64,000 bases of DNA from Octopus vulgaris (taxonomy: Eukaryota). The stretch spans positions 16,554,001 through 16,618,000 of the forward strand of contig OX597824.1 in the NCBI GenBank assembly GCA_951406725.2, given 5' to 3'. The first letter of the stretch is position 1. Each line of letters begins with the position of its first letter. The notes below the pieces were generated by a model. That model was not told the origin of the DNA. It did no database searches and worked only from the letters and a program-made list of their open reading frames with translations. Shown here in pieces: positions 56,953-64,000 of this stretch. The position numbers were made by a program, and so were the translations under genes.

Positions 56953-57414
56953 GTACTTATAAATAAGGGTATCTGAGAGACACCACCATGCCGAAATAGC
57001 AGTCAAAACCCTGACTCTAAAAACCACCTTAAATGTTCATATCGCACCATGAGATAAGACAGAGAGACAAAATAAACTAGCAAAAAGATATTACTGGATA
57101 ATTCAAGATCCTGGATAGCTAGCTTTGCTTCAAATAAGCTCTGCTTTCATCAGTTGAATATACCAGATGGGCACATAAATACAAATATATATATAGAACA
57201 AACGTTATACTTACATATACGAACGTCCATACATACATATATATATATGCACGTATGTACAAGGCCAGATTCAAATTGCCCGCCAACCACCTCGTAAGCG
57301 CGTATTTATTCCCATGCTGGCCACGTGATAATATCGATATTTAACTATCGATATTATCCTTATTTATAAATTTATATAATTCGTCACTATATTCACTGCG
57401 GTGTCTATTTTGAT

Positions 57415-57542
57415 CATATCGACCCCGAAAGGATGAAAGGCAAAGTCGACCTCGGCGGAATTTGAACTCAGAAGGTAACGGCAGACGAAATACCGCTAAG
57501 TATTTCGCCCGGCGTGCTAACGTTTCTGCCAGTTCACCGCCT
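57415..57542 (-). mobile_element. SINE B 5' part
   Basis: Family B head and module. Confidence 0.85.
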
Positions 57543-58149
57543 TCCTACCTACCAACATACTTACCCCAACAATCAAACCTATATACCTATATACCTACCT
57601 ACCTACCTACCTACCTACCTACCTACCTACCTACCTACCAACCTACCTACATACCTACCTACCTACTTACCTACCTACCTACTTACCTACCTACCTACTT
57701 ACCTACCTACATTTCTATTGTGTGTGCATGAGTATATATATATATATATATATACATTACTTCGAAGGTAGGTATATATAAGTGGAGTTTATTGTCATAT
57801 ATTGTCCAAGTAACTTTAAACAGAAAGTTAGAAAAGTTTGGAAACAATAACCAAATACTTTCTTAAGGCAACGTCAAAAAAATCTTCGAAGATTCCCCTG
57901 AAAACTTTCAGATTTCAAATTGTTACGCATTCATCTACTAAAGAATGCATAATGTATGAGACATATACATTCAAATGTGCATATACAAACACACAGATAT
58001 TTTATATAAATATATATATTAACATTTACCTATATTACATGCCTTTTTTTTCTATAGATACAGAGATACACAACACTCATTTAGGTATGTGTGTGATATA
58101 TATATATATATATATATAAACGTGTCTACACTCAAACACACACATATAT

Positions 58150-58190
<41 letters not shown>

Positions 58191-58293
58191 CAGACGTGAA
58201 AATATGTGTGTGTGTTTATATATGTATATTTGAAAAGCAAAACATTCTATGTGCTTTGTGTATATTTAATTTTAGAAAATTTAAAACTTTTTC

Positions 58294-58325
<32 letters not shown>

Positions 58326-58379
58326 ATGTGAGTGTGTGCGTGTGTGTGTGTTTGTGTTTTTGTGTGTGGATGATTGGAT

Positions 58380-58517
<138 letters not shown>

Positions 58518-58719
58518 GGCATCCTTGAAAATCGCATGAAAATCGTATGTATCAATGTAGAATTTATAAATTTGAAATACATTATACAAAACATTTAAAT
58601 ACGTTATAGGATATAATCCGAAAATCCTCGGAGGCATTTTATTTTAAAGCTCTTCACATATACACTGCATATTCAGAAATACGCACACACTTATTCCCAT
58701 ACACACTGTCGCAAAACTC

Positions 58720-58786
<67 letters not shown>

Positions 58787-59090
58787 CTCTGTATGTTGAA
58801 ACAGGAATTGTATAGAAAAACCCAAAATTAAGAAAATGTTTAACATTCGATTAGATTATATTAAAATATATAAATAGTGATAGAACGGAGGGGAAAAAAA
58901 TATTAGAACCGTTGCTATTACAACAATAACAACAACCACAACAGAATAAGCAGCAACAACAACAACAACAACAATTACAACAGTGTTAAGAACAATAACA
59001 AGCGGTAATAATAATAATAATAATGATCCTAGAGCTGCTGCGAGTTCTACTCCAGCAGCAGCAACGACGGCGAGGTCAACAACAACAACA

Positions 59091-59142
<52 letters not shown>

Positions 59143-59224
59143 AAGCGGTACAACACCCAAGTTTGATATGTTATATTGAAGCAGTATTAGTATTATCAAC
59201 AAAACTACAATGACGAAAGATAGT

Positions 59225-59885
<661 letters not shown>

Positions 59886-60386
59886 ACGATGTAATGGTGA
59901 CTAACATTCTCCTGCCTCAATCATAACATCGATAATGATTAAAGTATTGCGATCCAATTTTGATATTTGTGTCTTTAGACGTACATTCATGCCTACATGT
60001 TGCTCACAAGTCCGCCATTGTGGCGCAATTTTTACAATAGAATGTCTTTATTTCAGGATATTTTTTTTTTAATTGCAAATTAGACCATGTCTTTCCAGAT
60101 GGATAAGCCTCTCCATCCAGGACGCATTTCTTTGTGTATGCAAAAGACATCGTAATTCAAGACACCATTTAACCACTCTTTATTGGTGTAAGAGGCATCT
60201 TACATATCGGCAAGACGGATTCTCATGTTGTTTAGCTGTAAAGTCTCGAGTGTGAATTATTGTGTATGGATGGAAAACAAATATTGACCTAGTATTTTCA
60301 AACGGCGTCACTGTAACGATTGACTTGCGTAACATGTCATATCAAGAGAGAGATAGAGCTAGAGAGAGCGAGAGAGTGGCGTGCGT

Positions 60387-60449
60387 GATATAACTGAAGA
60401 GATGCCGGCGTGGGTTTCCGCCCCGACATACGAGACTCGGAGTTTTATC
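60387..60449 (+). ncRNA. Hammerhead-like motif
   Basis: gatataa-CTGAAGA-GATGCCGGCGTGGG TTT CCGCCCCGACATAC-GAGA-CTCGGAGT-tttatc; GAAA appears mutated to GAGA. Confidence 0.45.
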
Positions 60450-60549
60450 ATGGCTACCGAATAATTACCACACATTATATTTACTGATAAATTCTTCTAT
60501 TTATATAATATCGAGGTCTCTTTCATTCTTTTGTTGTCTGGGCATTTCT

Positions 60550-60615
<66 letters not shown>

Positions 60616-60647
60616 CATACATATATTCATATATATATATACATATA

Positions 60648-60691
<44 letters not shown>

Positions 60692-60876
60692 TTCAATATT
60701 TCATCTGTTCAATAAGACAATCAATACGTCATTTCATTTTACTATATATATATTATTTATACCATATATTCTATATTCTACATTAATATTATAAAGAATA
60801 TAAATATAACATAAAAAACAGAGTTGGAATTTCTTTGAAAAATATATATCTCTCTATACACAATTATACAAAACCC

Positions 60877-60909
<33 letters not shown>

Positions 60910-60912
<3 letters not shown>

Positions 60913-61185
60913 TCTTTACTCTTTAGTCTTTTTGACTGTGACCATGCTGGAGCACCGCCTTCAGTCGAGCAAATCGACCTCAGGACTTATTCTTTGTATG
61001 TATAGTACAGGATGATTCAGCATGACACAGATTGAGACAAACCTGGCCCTTTGAAATACAGGTACAACTCATTTTTGCCAGCTGAAATAAAATGTCTTGC
61101 CCAAGGACACAATGCGTCGCCGGGAATTGAACTCATGATCTTACGATCATAAGCCGAATGCCCTAACCACTAAGCCACGCGCCTT
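60910..61185 (-). mobile_element. SINE A tail joined to a SINE that shares a body module with family C
   Basis: CCATGCTGGAGCACCGCC; GGCCCTTTGAAATACAGGTACAAC; head AGGCGCGTGGCTTAGTGGTTAGGG. Confidence 0.7.
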
Positions 61186-61321
61186 CTCCCCCCCCAAATG
61201 TATTTATGTAATATATTCGCAGTGGAGGATATTTACAAGACCAGGTAATTGTTCTCATTTTAGAGGCTCACACGAAGGATGAAAGCACCGTGTTTCATGT
61301 AAAGTGACGCGACTAAACAAC

Positions 61322-61533
61322 CCTTTCTACTATAGACACAAGGTCTGAAATTTTAGGGGAGGGGACAAGTTGATTACATTGACCCTAGTGTTTCACTGGT
61401 GCTTAATTTATCAACCCCTAAGTGATGCAAGCAAAGTTGACCTCGGCCGAATTTGAACTCAGAACGTAACGGCAGACTAAATACCGCTAAGCATTTCGCC
61501 CGTCATGCTAGCGATTCTGTCATCTCGCCGCCT
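61322..61533 (-). mobile_element. SINE B with TSD
   Basis: TGACGCGACTAAA at ~61305 and ~61534. Confidence 0.88.
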
Positions 61534-61583
61534 TGACGCGACTAAATAATATAAGTTAGACGTCTCTGTTCTTCTGTCGATTA

Positions 61584-61666
<83 letters not shown>

Positions 61667-62179
61667 AAATAACAATGATAATAATGGTAATAATGATGAT
61701 AATATGTAGTTGTGCCAGCACAATGGTAAAGTCAGAAATGAAATTATGTAGGCATACACCAGAAAATTTGTCAGAAAATGACAATGTGGACTGTATACTG
61801 GGCTATACCAATGTAGACGAATTGGGAAATTAAGACTAATCGACCAGATATTGTGATCCATAACGTCCATTAACGGAAAAAAGTGAATGAAAATCAACAG
61901 AAATAACCAAAATGTGGAATCTGGAAACAAGCAATCATTAATAAGAGAGCTTTAGGAATAATCAAAACTCAGGACTTACTATTGTATATCACAGACAGAA
62001 ATTAGCACTGCTACGTACAGCACACATGTTAGGCGGAGAACTTTCAGTACACTACCTATAACAACAGCAAAGCAGACGACAGCACATATCCACTGCGCAT
62101 AGAGTTGGATTCGGAAGTGCAGTGAAAGCAGGTAAACCAAAACAAAATTATTGAATAATGATAATTTCAAAACAACGAA

Positions 62180-62340
62180 GCAAATCTTAGTATGGTTTTC
62201 CTATAGAAACCAAAACAAGAATAGAAAACAACAGACCGGATATTGTAGTCGCTGATATAATAGTATAATAGATATTGGAATCAACGAGTCATGCGCATCT
62301 TGCATCAGAGTAAAAAGAAAGGAAAATGAACAAGTAGTTT
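62180..62340 (+). pseudogene. RLE endonuclease fragment of a non-LTR element
   Basis: FPIETKTRIENNRPDIVV..IIDIGI. Confidence 0.6.
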
Positions 62341-63366
62341 TAGACCGATTAAATGTATGAAATTCTCATGTACAGGAAAAGAGAACTTTTAACAAGGAAG
62401 GCAAGTAAGCATCTGTCGGTGTGTAATATATTTTCATTCCAAATGGTGATCGAACGAACGAATTGACACAAGATACCCTTCAAGTATTCAATTATAGCCC
62501 TCTTGTAAACATGGCGGGTGGGGGGATCTATATTTTTCTTCATACTGTCTTATTTGTTCTTATGATGAAGAGCAAATAGTCAGAAACGTGAAACGTTTCT
62601 TCTAATTCAGAAACAAACTATTATAGCTTCCTGTTATTCGTTTGTCTTTGTCGTATTAACACACACACACACACGCGCACAAACATACATATATAGTGTG
62701 CTTGTGCTTGTGCTTGTGTACGTGTGTGTGCGTGTGTGTGCGTGTGTGCCCGTGTGTGACCTTGGGGATAGTGACAAATTATTTGGAAAGTTGAACTTGA
62801 TCTGAGAGTGGCTCCACTGCAAAAAAAAAAGGAGAAAAACTGTTATGAGGATAAGCAAGAATTGTGTGGGAAGTCCTTTATGCGTAAGTAAGAACAGATA
62901 TCAAAAACAGGAAGTCCCTTTTGTGTAGATGGTATAAAGTTCTCCTCAGCCGAGACTGCGGCTGACGGTTTGAAAGGAAACGTAATTAAATTGGGAGCAG
63001 TCCCCACACCAAGGCAAACGGTTTTGAAAGGAAGGGATAAGTCGATACAGCTGACCCCAGTACTTGACAGATAATTTATTTTATTGGCCCCGGAGTGGTA
63101 TGAAAAGCGAGCTTGACCTCGGATTTGAACTCAGAGCGTAAAGAGCCGGAAGAAATAACGCTAAGCATTTCCCTCCGACGCTCTAACGATTCTGCTAGCT
63201 CGTTGCCTTGCAATAATGGCTTCTTATTTCGGCAAAATACTAACGCTTTTAACGTTTTTAATATATGTTCTTACTTAGCGTCTGTGTGGTAAGTAGCTTG
63301 CTTACAGACCACATGGTTCCGGGTTCAGTCCCACTGCGTGGCACCTTGGGCAAGTGTCTTCTAGTA

Positions 63367-64000
63367 TTGGGTTGTCCGGAAAGTTCATGCCGATTTTTAA
63401 AGGAAAGAAAAAGGTCAATAAATAGCTACCATTACAGTTTTAATCAACCAAATATGAACCATTTTGTTGCACAATGCGTCTCTATCTTATCTTTAACTTG
63501 AAAATACACTCTTCCCAGAACTGGCAAAGAATTCATCAAGGTATCTTTTTACGTCATCCAAGGAATTGAAATTTTTACCATTAAGACTATTCTGCAAAGA
63601 CCCGAATAAGTGGAAATCCGAAGGAACAATATCTGGTGAATATGGAGGGTGGGGTAACACATCCCAGCCGAGCTGCCGCAATTTTTGTCTGGTTCCCAAA
63701 GAAACGTGCGTCTTGCATTATCATGTTGGAAAACAACACCCTTCCTGTTGGCCAATTCTGGACGTTTCTCTTGAATTGCTGCTTTTAACTCGCCCAGTTG
63801 TGTGCAGTATTTCTCAGAATTAATTGTCTGCTTACTTGGGAGAAGCTCATAGTACAGAATCCTTTGCAATCCAACCAGACACAAAGACATTTTTAGGGTG
63901 AAGACCCGCTTTTGGGGTGGCTAAGGGTGGCTTATGTTGTTTACTCTAGGATCGTTTTCTCTGAACATTTCGGTAGATAATCCATTTCTCATCACCTGCC
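63367..64000 (-). mobile_element. mariner (DD34D) transposon 3' part, inserted at TA in a SINE A head; transposase frameshifted
   Basis: TA|TTGGGTTGTCCGGAAAG terminus; ILYYELLP..TINSEKYC, FQHDNAR, GWDVLPHPPYSPDIVPSDFHLF. Confidence 0.92.

Noticed and set aside
62555-62600. Hammerhead (ATGATGA...GAAACGT)
   Set aside because: Too degenerate: core, helix II and cleavage triplet are all imperfect

Overview
AT-rich, microsatellite-saturated animal DNA with no confidently identifiable host gene. The SINE families and repeat style suggest an octopus or other coleoid cephalopod intron or intergenic region (inference). Nearly all ORF-track entries are microsatellite artefacts. The real content is transposon debris: three abundant tRNA-derived SINE families (here called A, B and C), a young 5'-truncated CR1-type LINE, RTE, Tx1, R4/Dong-like and HERO-like LINE fragments, a Gypsy 3' LTR with integrase, Tc1, mariner and Chapaev3 DNA transposon remnants, MITEs, and a CpG-rich 15-bp tandem array. 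Most notable: (1) two Tx1-like retrotransposons inserted in tandem at one site in the tRNA-like head of SINE A, suggesting a SINE-targeting site-specific element; (2) about a dozen hammerhead-ribozyme-like motifs in short Penelope-like units beside (TA)n, including a family with a fixed non-canonical CUGUNGA core; (3) an RTE with twin-priming-like inversion; (4) a head-to-head SINE hairpin showing arm-to-arm conversion, with an older copy of its junction pasted 3.7 kb away. Family assignments come from remembered motifs, not database searches, and most element boundaries are approximate.
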